Source: Azolla caroliniana
Lineage: Eukaryota; Plantae; Polypodiophyta
NCBI GenBank assembly: GCA_043228905.1
Contig: JBHGNT010000005.1
Coordinates: 19,282,001 to 19,346,000 of the forward strand
Reading direction: 5' to 3'
Length of the DNA: 64,000 nucleotides
Shown here one piece after another: positions 26,817 to 38,544 of the stretch; the first letter of the stretch is position 1; every line of letters starts with the position of its first letter. The position numbers and the translations under genes were made by a program. Below the pieces are notes generated by a model, which was not told the DNA's origin, ran no database searches, and saw only the letters and a program-made list of their open reading frames with translations.

Positions 26817-27387
26817 CATAGTTCTAGCCATACATCCCATTCGTGTTATACTCAAACGCCAATATTCGTATCATACTCATACGTGAAAAGGCTCCAAGTA
26901 TGATTGAAATCCATACGCGGTACATAGATATATACATATGGTGTATATGGTGTACAGTGTGTGTGTGTGTGTGTGTGAGGGGGAGAGAGAGAGAGTGTGT
27001 GTGTGTGTGTGTGTGGTCTAGAGAGAGAAGCCTTGTTTTGCATGTGTGAGGAGACAGTGGTTGTGTATATCTAGACTCTAGAGAGAGAGAGAGAGAGAGG
27101 AGCTATGGGTTTTGTCTGTGTGAGGGAGTATGTAATATGTATATTAGATATCTAGATTTTGTAGAGAGAGAGGATCTGTCAATTCTCGTGTGTGAGAGAG
27201 AGAGAGAGAGTGTGTGTGTGTGTGTGTTAGACGTCACTTCTATTCACAAAGAATTATGAATATCAAAAATTAAAAAATCCCAAAAAAAGAAAAAAAAAAG
27301 AGAGCCAAACGAATATCGTGTATCATACATTTGCAAACGTTCGCGTACGTCCAGTAAATTGGACGTACGCGAATATTAGGAATTATG
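26817..27387. mobile_element. Non-autonomous hAT-type element with (GT)n/(GA)n core
   Basis: Short imperfect TIR CATAGTTC / GAATTATG; perfect 8-bp TSD ATTTTGGG (26809-26816 and 27388-27395). Confidence 0.75.
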
Positions 27388-28110
27388 ATTTTGGGTCAAC
27401 CTGTGTAAATTGTGCAAACACTGTGATAAGATTTGCCAAATTTGAGAAATGTAACTCCAAATCTAACAAGCAATCGGACATTGTATAAATCGATGAGTAT
27501 TATCTTCCATTTGAACAATGCAAAAAAAGCAATTACCCATTGTTAGTCCACGACACTTTAAAGCTAATCCCAAAGGCAATCCTCCAATCAAAACTCTCCA
27601 AATGAAGACCTTTGCCACAAGTGGCAATTTAGAATGCCAACTACGTTGTAAGATCTGCCACCACCCATGATCAGATTTGTGTAGTTTTCATTCTTCTTCA
27701 TCCTTAGATTATAACCATCCAAGAGACTCAACAAAGCAATGATACAAAAGATTAGTAGTCACTTGTAACGACGACGTTTGACCCCGTAAACACCAATCAA
27801 TACATGGTTGTTCTCCTATTTGTAGAGGTAAGGGACCTTGCATCAATGCAATATTTTGTAGTTGTTGCAAATAAACCCATAATTTGATGGAATGCGTAAT
27901 AATTGTTGCGCTTCAACAAACTCCAAAATTCTTTGAGATGGAGCCTCAACTATATCTCATACCTCTTTGACACCCAAACGAAACAAACGATTAAATTGAG
28001 AGCGCAATCTCTCCTTTCCTGGCCAACATAATAACCGAGAAGACACAAGTAACTCTTTTTGCAAAGAATTACAATGCTCTCTATTTGATGACGGTTTCCA
28101 TACACATAAC

Positions 28111-28500
28111 TGTTGGCTGGTCAGAAGAGCAAGGACAAGTGGGAAGGCGGAGTCAGATCGGATAATAGGAAGTAAATAATAGTAGAATTATTATTCGGAG
28201 GGACGGATCCGGTACAGTTGTACCGATCCGGATCCGGACCGATTCGGATGTCGGTTGCCTAAGCGCACCGATTGTAACCTTGCCGGATGCCTATAAAAGG
28301 ATCCGATGATTTGTAAAGGGTTTGACGGAAGTAATACAATAGTAATTATTGCGTGTTTATCTGTATCTTCGTATTGTTTACCGTCTGTGCTTAATTGTAA
28401 TCATCTTACGCGTGTAACCTAGCATCCAATCCTTACCACCCCTTTGGAGAAGTGTCGGATAGACACCGGTGTTGAGGCTAGTCCGGCCAGGCAGACAACA
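28111..28500 (+). repeat. 5' LTR (390 bp)
   Basis: TGTTGG...ACAACA with TATAAAA at 28292. Differs from the 3' LTR by 5 transitions and one 13-bp duplication. Confidence 0.97.
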
Positions 28501-28506
28501 CTATTT

Positions 28507-28516
28507 TGGCGACCAC
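28507..28516 (+). other. Primer binding site, tRNA-Arg-like
   Basis: TGGCGACCAC 6 nt after the 5' LTR. The tRNA identity is recalled from plant tRNA-Arg 3' ends and not verified. Confidence 0.6.
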
Positions 28517-28552
28517 GATTCCTGCAAAGTGTAGAGGACAACTGGGGGATGG

Positions 28553-31500
28553 ATGTCTAGACCAAACGACGACCACATCACCAAACGAGGGAGACGATAC
28601 ACCGAACGCGAGCAACGACGGGAAGCCCTGCAGCAAGTCGTCAACGAGATCCGGCGGGATCGGTCATTCTCCAAAACTCTTCGGAGAGTCGCAGAAGAAG
28701 CACTGCAGTTCCGGGTTCTGCAAATCCCCGACGAAGGCAGTAGCATAACAAGCCTGCAAGAGGCGGAAACGATACTACAGAGGCTCGCCGGGGGCGACGG
28801 GGACTCGGAAGCATTCGCAACACTTGAGGCGGAGTCGGAAAGCGACGGAAGCGTTGCGTCCCGGTATAAAAGCAACCACGACACACCAAACGACTGGGAG
28901 GAAGAGGGGTCGGAAGACTTAGTAACACCGGAGCCAGAGGAAGAAATAACCCTGGAATTCGGTGACCGGCAATCGCCGAGGGAGGCTGACCGGATACCGA
29001 CAACAACCGCGAAGGAACCGAAGGAGCGGATACCGACAACAACCGCGAAGGAACCGAAGGAGCGGATACCGACAACACCCGCGGAGGAACCAAAGGACCG
29101 GACACCGGCAACACCCGCAGAAGAACCAAAGGTTCTCACACCAACGCCAATAGCGGACAGAGAGCGGAGGAAGTAGGAGAGTCAGTTGGACGACACGATG
29201 CCATACCCATACCCAAAGTACCGGGATGAGGCCGACGCGGAGGCACACGTGTACGCATTCCTCCAAACATGGGAAGCCAACCATGACTCCCAAAGATTGA
29301 CGGAGCCCGAAGCCGAACGATCCAAAGTCGCCGAATTCGGCATAACCTTAGAAGGACCGGCAGCCCGATGGCACGCAAAGCACTTACCGGGCAGCTTTGC
29401 CACATTCGATGCCTTGAAGGCCAGATTCCTCAGGCTTTTTCACAGACAATTTGAGCAAAGGGAATTGGTTGGGCAGTTCTACACCACCCGGCAGGAAGAG
29501 AACGAGACGGTGCCACAATTCATCATTCGGTTTCAGACCCTGCACAGCCAACTGACAAGAGCACCACCCGAAGATGAAGCCAAAGTAGTCTTTTTGGCCG
29601 CGCTGAAAGAGCCACTTCGAACAATGTGCGGAGTCCTTGATTTCCAAACCAGCACAATGGACCAAGTTATTGATCGGGTTTTAGAAATGGACAAGACTAG
29701 CCCCTTCTTGTCGATGGGGATGTTACACCGGGCACTCCCGAAGGAGGAAGACCTGAGGTTCCGACAGGCCTTACAATGCACAACATGCCTAAATTCGGGG
29801 CACTCAACAGTAGATTGCACCCTGCGGACACAATGTATGATCTGCAACTCTCGAGCCCATACAACGGACCGATGTGAATATAACCTGTTAAATCGGTAGG
29901 CAGCACCGGTTCGACACATAGAACCGCGCAATCAGAACCCGGACGAGGATCGATTCCGGAGAGACGACCGCTACCAACGCGAACGCGGTAACAGATATGC
30001 TGATAGAAGACGCGATAACTATGACCGAGAGGAGAGACGCAGAGATAGCTACCCCCGGGACCGGTACGACCGAGACGAATCCCCGGATTACGAACGACGC
30101 AGAGAAGAGAGGCGACAAGGGAACCGAAATTTCCGACGGAATCAGAAGCGTGGATTTTTCCGAAGAGAGGAACGTCGGGAGGCAGCGAGGAATGACAACC
30201 CGGTATCGGTACCGGATAACCGAAAAACCGAAGACGACCGCCGGAGCATACCCACCCTCCAAACCGGGGACAAAGGAGAAACGAGCAACAGTCACAAGGT
30301 GTACTGTTATTACTGTCGTAAGGAAGGCCACTATAGTAACCAATGCCCAAGCAAAACCAATGACAAGCAGCCAGAAGTCAACATGGTTACAGCCGAAATA
30401 ACAGAAGTACAGCAGGTCACAACCCGGTCAAAGGGAAAGACCGCCGAGTGGGAAGCCCAGGAGGCAATCAGAAAACAAGCGGCGCAATGGATCAAGGAGG
30501 CCAATGAACAGAATGCGGCAGAAGTAAGAGACCAAAATATGCCAAAAGACGAAGAAATCATACAGCCAGGAGAAAACCCGACGTGGCAAGCGCTACAGGA
30601 CTGTCAAATCGTGTTGCCGTTAGCACGACTACTACAGTTGGTGCCACGGTTTTCGACAGACTTACAGGCATCCGTGAGCAAACCGAAGCCGACGCCAGCA
30701 CCAGCATTCTTCTCCAACCCGGAGGAAGGACCAGCGGTGGTCGATACAAGTAGCCCGACGATCACGACAATCGTGAAAGGAAAGGAAATTGCTGGAACGA
30801 TTATTGACGGAGGCTCCGGGGTAAATGTCATCAGCCGACAGACATGCAACAACCTGGGCATCCGGGAATGGGAACCATGCCCCTTCTGGTTACGCATGGC
30901 GGATACCAGCTCAGTCCGACCGACCGGGCTTATCCGGGATTTGGAAGTAACGATCGGAGGCCACGTATTCCGGATATCGGCCGTGGTGCTGCAACTGAAT
31001 GTACAAGGCGCGTACCCCCTACTGCTAGGACGACCATGGCTGCGAACGGCGCATATCAAGCAGAGCTGGCAAAAGAACATGATCACATTCTGGCGAGGGA
31101 AAACAAAGGTACGAGTAACGACGCAACCACGGGTGATCACCAGTAAGGAAGCAACTCCATTGTATGCGGAAAGCATTAACATGTTGGAGGGATTACCGGA
31201 CAAGGAAGTCGAGCGGTACCTCGAGGAACACCCACGAATCGTCCCACTATTTGAGGTGGATATCACGGCGGCAGTAGAACCGTACATTACGACGCCGGAT
31301 GAACCGGACCAAGCGGCGATCCGAGAACTGCGACAAGCGCAGGAATCCCTAGAGAGGGAAATGACGATATCCAAGAGAGTAAAAGCATCCCAACTAGAGG
31401 AGGTGGACCTCGGCACAGTAGACAAGCCCCGACTGGTAAATGTTGCAAAGGAATTGCCGAAGGAAGAAAAGAAGGCAATGGTAGCATTATTAACAGACTT

Positions 31501-34396
31501 CAAGGATGTGTTCACGTGGTCGTACGAAGACATGCGAGGGCTGGACCCCCAGCTCTATCAGCACCAAATTCACCTAAGTACGGACGCGAAACCAATCGCT
31601 CAACGTAGGTACCGGATGAATCTGAATTATGCGGCGAAGGTGAAGGAGGAAATTGATAAGCTCCTCCGGGTCGGATTTATCCGACCGGTCAAGCAGGCAA
31701 CCTGGCTAAGTCCGATAGTGGTGGTCCCGAAAAAGAACGGCAAAATCCGGGTATGCGTGGACTACCGAAAACTAAATGCCGCAACAGTGACTGATGCGTT
31801 TCCACTACCATTTACGGACGGCGTGTTAGATGCGGTAGCCGGCCACGAAGTTTACAGCTTCCTGGATGGATTTAGCGGCTACAACCAAATACGAATGAAC
31901 CCGGCCGACCAGGAGAAGACAACGTTCGTGACGGAATGGGGAGTGTTCGTCGCGGTCGTGATGATGTTCGGACTAAAGACGGCTCCAGCGACCTTTCAAA
32001 GGATAATAATGGAAATTTTCGGGGAATATATCCCCGGTTTTATGCAGGTCTTCCTTGACGATTTCGCGGTCTACAGCCGACACAGAGAGCATCTCGATCA
32101 CCTCCGGCTGTGCTTGGAGAAGTGCCGCGAGTACCGATTGAGCCTGAACCCGGCCAAGTGCGTCTTTGGAGTGGCAAGCGGCAACTTACTAGGGCACGTG
32201 GTGAGTAAGGAAGGAATCGCGGTAGATCCGGATAAAGTCAAGGCGATTCTCGAGGCACCAGCACCAAATAACGCAAAGGCTTTAAGCCGGTTCCTGGGCC
32301 AAATAAGGTGGCATAGCCGGATGATACGGCACCTCACAGACTTCGCTACACCATTACATACCGCCGTACATAGGGTACCCTTCCTATGGGCGGAGACGGA
32401 GGAGGAAGCCTACCAAGTGTTGAAGGTTATGCTGTCGCAAGCTCCGGTGGTGCAACCGCCAGATTGGAGTAAAAGCTTTCACGTCTTCGTCGACGCGTCG
32501 GACGTAGCAATCGGCAGCGTTCTGATGCAACTCACGGAGCCGAAATGGTACCGACCGGTGTACTACGCAAGCCGGAAACTCTCAAAAGCCGAGCGGAATT
32601 ACTCTACGACGGAACGCGAGGCATTGGGAATGGTGTATAGTGTCACAAAGTACAGGCACTATCTGCTCGGAAGGAAGTTTTCCTTCCATGTCGACCATTC
32701 GGCACTACTCTACCTGGTCTCGAAGGCATCCCTGATGGGAAAAATTGCACGATGGACACTGCTGTTACAGGAATTTGAATTCGACATTTTCCACCGACCT
32801 GGGGCGCAGCATGCGGTAGCGGACTACCTAAGCAGACTCGAATCCGGAGAAGCAAGGGACGGCGTCCAGGATGAGTTTCCCGACGCCGAGTTGTTCCGGA
32901 TCACGACGAAACCGGCAATGGATGCAACGGTAGCCGATGAAGACACGTGGCTAACTGAGATGCATCAGTTCCTGAGCACCGGAGTTCCCCCGGAGAACAT
33001 GGACCGCGATGAAAGGAAAAGGGTAGCAGTAAGAAGCAGACATTTCTGCTTGGTTGGAGACACCCTCTATCACAAGGGGGCAGATGGCATCTGGAGACGA
33101 GTAGTGCGGAGCGATGAGAAGGATTTAATCCTCAGGGAAGCCCACTGTGGAATTGCTGGCGGGCATTATGCCGGCGACGCAACCGCTCGGAAAATATGGC
33201 AGAGCGGACAGTGGTGGCCCACCACCCTAAAAGATGCCGTGAAGTATAGCAGAGAATGCGATTTGTGTCAACGACTGGGCCAACCCACGGAGCAGGCCCG
33301 GATGCCACACCACCCGGGCTTGCCTTTGGAACCGTTTCAAAAGTGGGGATTGGACTTTGTCGGTCCATTCAAACCACCGGCAATGCGAACCGGAAATCGG
33401 TATGTCATAGTGGCGACCGACTATTGCACCAAATGGGTAGAAGCAAAGGCCTTACGGGACAACACGGCCGCGTCCACGACAAAGTTTCTGTACGAGTGCA
33501 TATGGTGCCGGTATGGATGCCCGATCGAGCTTATAAGTGACCAAGGAGGACATTTTCTCGGGCAGGTAGTAGAAAGCCTGACGTCATTTTACGCGGTGGT
33601 ACATAAAAAGAGTACTCCCTACTACCCTCAAGCTAATGGACTAGCGGAATCAACGAACAAAACTCTGCAGAACATCCTACAAAAAATCGTCAACGAGAAC
33701 CGGACCGACTGGGATACGAAATTGCAAAGCGCGCTATGGGCGTACCGAACAACGTACAAAACCAGCATCCGGATAACCCCGTTCCGGCTAGCATTCGGTT
33801 TAGAAGCGGTCATGCCGGTAGAGTTCCAGATCCCCAGCTTACGGATTCAGGTGAAGGAGCGCTTAAGTGAGAACGAGTCCGAACGAATCCGGCTGGCGAC
33901 GTTGTTGGAATTAGAAGAAAACCGAATAGCCAGCTTACTACAACTCGAACTGGAGCAAAGGAGGAGAAAAGCTTTCGTGGACCGACACCGGCGTGGCAAC
34001 GAAAAGGAGTTCGAAGTCAGGAAACCGGTGCTACTATTCCAGACACGAATGGGGAACATGCCGGGAAAGTTGCGGTTTCGGTGGACCGGACCGTTCTGGA
34101 TCACCAAGGAGTACAATGGGTCGTATTAGCTCGGCACGTTGTCTGGAGATGTTATCGGCAAGTGGGCAAATGGGTTTCGGCTAAAGCCGTATAAGGGAAA
34201 TATGCCAGCGAACCCGTTCAAGCAAAACCCGGAAATCCGGCAAGATGAGGAACCGACACCGACAGACGCTGCTGAAGATATTCGGACCGAGGAAGAACCG
34301 ACACCGATACTAACAAAGACTATCCCGGAAAACCGACAGAAGGATCCGGTATCCACACGAACCGACCCGAACAAATCGGGGGGGACCAGCAAATGA
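28553..34396 (+). pseudogene. gag-pol polyprotein in a single frame with three premature TAG stops
   Basis: ORFs 28553, 29186, 30299 and 34139 share one frame, with TAG at 29174, 29897 and 34127. Three CCHC knuckles; protease IIDGGSG; RT FLDD; RNase H VDAS; integrase HHCC, core and WTGPF. Confidence 0.93.
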
Positions 34397-34678
34397 CGTG
34401 GTCCAAACAAAGAAAAAAAAAAAAGAAGAAGAAGAAGAAGAAAAGAAGACGTGGGCAAAATCGACGCGAATCATAGTAATGATGGGGAGATCACAAGAGG
34501 TGGGAGCGCCACCATGCAACGAAGAGGCGCCATGCATTAAAGAAGGACGTGCGCGTACTTGCTATTTAAAGCATGGAACGTGGGACTCACACGCGGCAAA
34601 CAAGAAAGGACATACTAATTATGGCGGGAGAGGAACATGCGCGGGAAACGAAAAAGGGCGGCTCGAGGCAAAAGCCAC

Positions 34679-34685
34679 TATATAA
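34679..34685 (+). promoter_or_regulatory. Putative internal TATA box for the extra ORF
   Basis: TATATAA about 140 bp upstream of the ATG at 34822, which sits in AACAATGG context. Confidence 0.5.
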
Positions 34686-34821
34686 GACACAGGCCTGCGA
34701 AGGACTCACTTTTTACGAATTTTCCTACATACAGGCGCAGAAGCACAGAAGAGCGATCCGACACACAGAGCACACACAGCCCGATCCCGAACAACAGGCA
34801 ACAGAAGAAGAATTCGAAACA

Positions 34822-37779
34822 ATGGTACTGTCGGAGGAGGCACGCCAATGGATGAGGGAGAACGGGTTAAAAGGATTGCTGCGGATCGCCGACGCTCCAC
34901 CACATGCAGAACCAGAGCAGACGGCAGCATCGATCGATTTATCAGAAGTCACGGAAGGAGCGGTGCAAGCGCTCACGGGGATAAAAGCAGGAGGGCTTCA
35001 AACAATCGAAAACCCTTCAAGCGAAATCCTGTTCGAATATTTCGGTGAGTACTCTATCAGCAGCAAGGCGTACCGAACACAGGGCGGAGAGAACCTGCTG
35101 TTCGGAGAAGTGGCCCGTGCCATGATGGAATACGGATTCGTGAATCCTCGTCCCCCGGCCATAGCCAAGTACCGGGCAGCGTTCTTAATAGCAGCATACG
35201 AAGGATTACAAGTAGACTGGCTCCATTTCATAACCGAAGGATTGAAGGAGGCCATCAAGAATCTTGGGGAAGGAAAAAAGCCATGGGCCGGGATAGCACA
35301 ATGGCTAACGGTGTTAGTCCCACCGGTGCTCCCCATCACACAAAAGAAAAGAGGTCGGCAGGAGACGACGCCGAAAAAGGTCACAAAGCGCCGACAGATC
35401 TTGGAGAAACACACCCCCGGATGGACCCAGCAAGAAGCAGAACAGCGGGGGGAAGGACCATCCCGACAGCAACAGGAACCGGCAACAAAGGCAAAACCGG
35501 CAGCAAAAGGCAAAGGGAAATCGGCCGAGGAGGAACTGGTAGCACGCAAACCAATCAATATAACGCTGCGACGGCCGGAACCGGAACCAGAGGTCTTTAT
35601 ACAAAAGGTCCGTCTGGTAGCCGCACCGGAGGAGGAAGCTGAAACAGAAGACTCATCCGAACCACTGGTAAGACTCCCAGCAAGACAGGGTTGGGAGAGA
35701 CGGGCGAAAGGACCAGCTCCACCAGTTTACAAAACTTAGCAGAGGGTGTAAGGACCACCTCCAGTAGCCGAGGCGGAAGCAGTACCGGAACCCGTACCGA
35801 GGGAAGCAGCACCGACACCGGTTGTGCCGGACTTCAGAAAACCGGTCATCCCAGAGAAGAAGAATGAACAAGCGCCGGAGCCAGAGAAAAGGCCGGAAAA
35901 ACAGCCTGAGTTAAGTAAGCAAGGCCACCCCGACACAGGAAGAACAAAGCCACAATGGCTGAGATGGCTTTCGGAGCAGTTATCGGGAGTAGCGGACCAG
36001 TTAGAGAAAGAAGAAACGTGTAGGCAACAGTTGACGCATACAACAACTCAGGAGTTGGTCGCGCTCCGATCACAGATCGAGGAAATGCAAGGGGAGCTGT
36101 TGCAAGCAAGGGAAGGAATTCAACAAGCACAAGTTGTCACCAAGCCGGTCGGGACAACAAGGAAGCAACCGGAACCGGAACTGGAACCGGAACCAGAACC
36201 GGTAGCCTTGCAAACCGGCCCTGAGACTGAAAAAATAATAGAAACCTTACGAGAGGAGTTAAAAGCTCAGGAGGCATTAAGGGAAAGAGAAAGGGAGCAG
36301 CGGAAAGCGGTGGAGGACGACAGACGAAAAATGGAAGAAGGCCTCCGGAAAGGTCGAGCCGCTAATGACCGACTGCAAGAAGAAAAAGAGAAGCTGCAAA
36401 AGGAGAAGGACCGACTGCGTCGACATGCCGAGCAGGAGATAGAACGACTGCAGGAAGAACTCCGACAACAGAAGGACCGGGACGATCGGTTAAGAGCTCA
36501 GGCAAATCGACGCCTGAAGCAGAAGATAGAGGACTTCGACCGTCTCTACCGAGATCACAAGCAGGCCGAGTCGGACAACAAGAAACGGGCAGCAGACTAC
36601 GACCGGCAAATAGAGAAGCTGAAAGAAAAGCTCAAAGAGACCCGATTAGACCTGGCTAAGGCAATGGATGAGGTCAGTGCCAACAAGGAAGCATTGTCGG
36701 CGGAAATAGCCCAAGCGACGGAGAGAAGGAAGGAATTAGAGGCATTGAGGTGGGAAAAGCTGGATCTGACCAAGATCAGGAATGAAGAAAAGGAAAAATC
36801 GACCTTCACGATCAGCAAACTGCAAAGTACCTATGAAAAGCAGAAAGCGGATTACGAGGCCCAGGCTCAGATAATGGCCGACATTATAAAACGGGCAAGG
36901 AAGGAAAAGCAAGAAGCTTATGCGCATGCTAAGGCGGGGGTTGACCGGATCAAGCTCATCATGTCAGGATGGAGTACCCGAGCTCAGGCAAGCATCAACG
37001 AAAGTACGGAAAAGCTATGGAAGGAGTGGTCACAACAGGCAGCCGAGCTGCAGACACTCCGAGCGGATGGCGAGAATCGGAGGAAGACCGGTGACAAGTT
37101 CTACAAGATGGATGAAGAAAGTATCGTCACCATTCGGGAAGAATTGTCGGAGGATTTCTACGCTTTAGCGGAAGAACATCTCAAAGAAATCCGAGGGTTG
37201 GTAGAGAGGTTGGATGACAGGCAGCTCGCAACTCAGTTGGAGTTGGAGAGATACGAGCAGGACCGGTTACGACAGGAAGCTAAGGGAAGAACGACGCCAA
37301 TCACTATTAGTGAGGGAGAGCGACCGGCTAAAGTTGAACCAACAGACACCGAACAACCCCGACGAGGAATACCCGAAGAAGAACTTCCGTTCGACGGAGA
37401 AGAAGAAGAGCAGGAGCAGACCGATGCCGGAGAAGAAGAAGAGCAGGAGCAGACCGATGCCGGAGAAGAAGAAGAGCTGAGACCGGAAGACACCAGAGCA
37501 GAGGAAGGAGGCATATCGAGCCGACCAGTCGAGACCAGAGAAAGCGACACTGGTAACAGAACAGAGCCTGGAACAGAGGGAGAACAGGAAGAACCCGGAC
37601 GAAGCGGTGAGGAAGCACCGGCACCACAGAATCAAGCAGAGCCGGAGCAACAAATTTTTATGGAACAACCCACCCAACCGGAGGTCGAAGACCAGGCAGG
37701 CAAGGAACAGGAACAGGAGGAAGAAGCACCACTTGACACCATTGAGCAGAGTGTGCTCGATATTTTGGAGGAAGAATGA
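34822..37779 (+). pseudogene. Extra retroelement ORF (~985 aa): globular N-domain, Pro/Glu linker, long coiled coil, acidic tail; two in-frame stops
   Basis: ORFs 34573-35739 and 35824-37779 share one frame and are separated only by TAG 35737 and TAA 35749. The start codon is uncertain (34573, 34621 or 34822). Confidence 0.85.
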
Positions 37780-37829
37780 GGCCGGGAGTGGATTCGAAGT
37801 GCAAGGCACTTTCCCACGGGCGTGCCATG

Positions 37830-38232
37830 TGTTGGCCGGTCAGAAGAGCAAGGACAAGTGGGAAGGCGGAGTCGGATCGGATAATAGGAAGTAAATAATA
37901 GTAGAATTATTATTCGGAGGGACGGATCCGGTACAGTTGTACCGATCCGGATCCGGACCGATTCGGATGTCGGTTGCCTAAGCGCACCGATTGTACGCAC
38001 CGATTGTAACCTTGTCGGATGCCTATAAAAGGATCCGATGATTTGTAAAGGGTTTGACGGAAGTAATACAATAGTAATTATTGCGTGTTTATCTGTATCT
38101 TCGTATTGTTTACCGTCTGTGCTTAATTGTAATCATCTTACGCGTGTAACCTAGCATCCAATCCTTACCACCCCTTTGGAGAAGTGTCAGATAGACACCG
38201 GTGTTGAGGCTAGTCCGGCCAGGCAAACAACA
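37830..38232 (+). repeat. 3' LTR (403 bp)
   Basis: Direct repeat of 28111-28500 with a duplicated CGCACCGATTGTA; followed by the TSD ATAAC. Confidence 0.97.
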
Positions 38233-38237
38233 ATAAC

Positions 38238-38540
38238 AAGAGTGCTTCTTGTCATGAAGTAACCAAGTGTTGAACACATGAAGAGCCCAGAATCCTAAGT
38301 GAAATACATCCATTCAGTAATTGCCACCATGAAGCCTTAATCGTTGTCCTCCCATGTGTTAAACCCTTGTTCTCAATGAAATATTGAACAATAGATAAGT
38401 AATTCAGGGTTGTGAGTTTGAACACATGTCTTGTAATAATGAAAATCTATGAGCCATCATCATATACATAGATAAGTTCAATATTCCAGCTCCCCCCAAG
38501 TGCTTAGGGGTTGCTAGATGATTCCACGCAACCCAAGTGC
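38238..38540 (-). mobile_element. L1-type LINE remnant, the target of the gypsy insertion (probably continues at about 27400-28105)
   Basis: VAWNHLATPKHLGGAGILNL matches the plant L1 post-RT W..L..PK..GGLGI motif. Confidence 0.6.
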
Positions 38541-38544
38541 TTAG

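Larger units (their letters stand above)
28111..38232 (+). mobile_element. Full-length Ty3/gypsy LTR retrotransposon, non-chromovirus (Athila/Tat-like), with extra 3' ORF
   Basis: Paired TG...CA LTRs; 5-bp TSD ATAAC (28106-28110 and 38233-38237); PBS; domain order gag-PR-RT-RH-INT; no chromodomain seen. Confidence 0.97.

Noticed and set aside
28553-37779. Stops repaired by U-to-C RNA editing
   Set aside because: That editing is known from organelles. The number of stops fits the C-to-T decay rate seen between the LTRs.
34822-37779. Retroviral envelope gene
   Set aside because: No clear signal peptide or transmembrane helix; the protein is highly charged and coiled-coil.
28501-38000. Long antisense and alternate-frame ORFs in the gypsy element (e.g. 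30604-31533, 28501-29139, 34998-35558)
   Set aside because: Shadow ORFs of GC-rich, codon-biased sense genes, with low complexity and no motifs.
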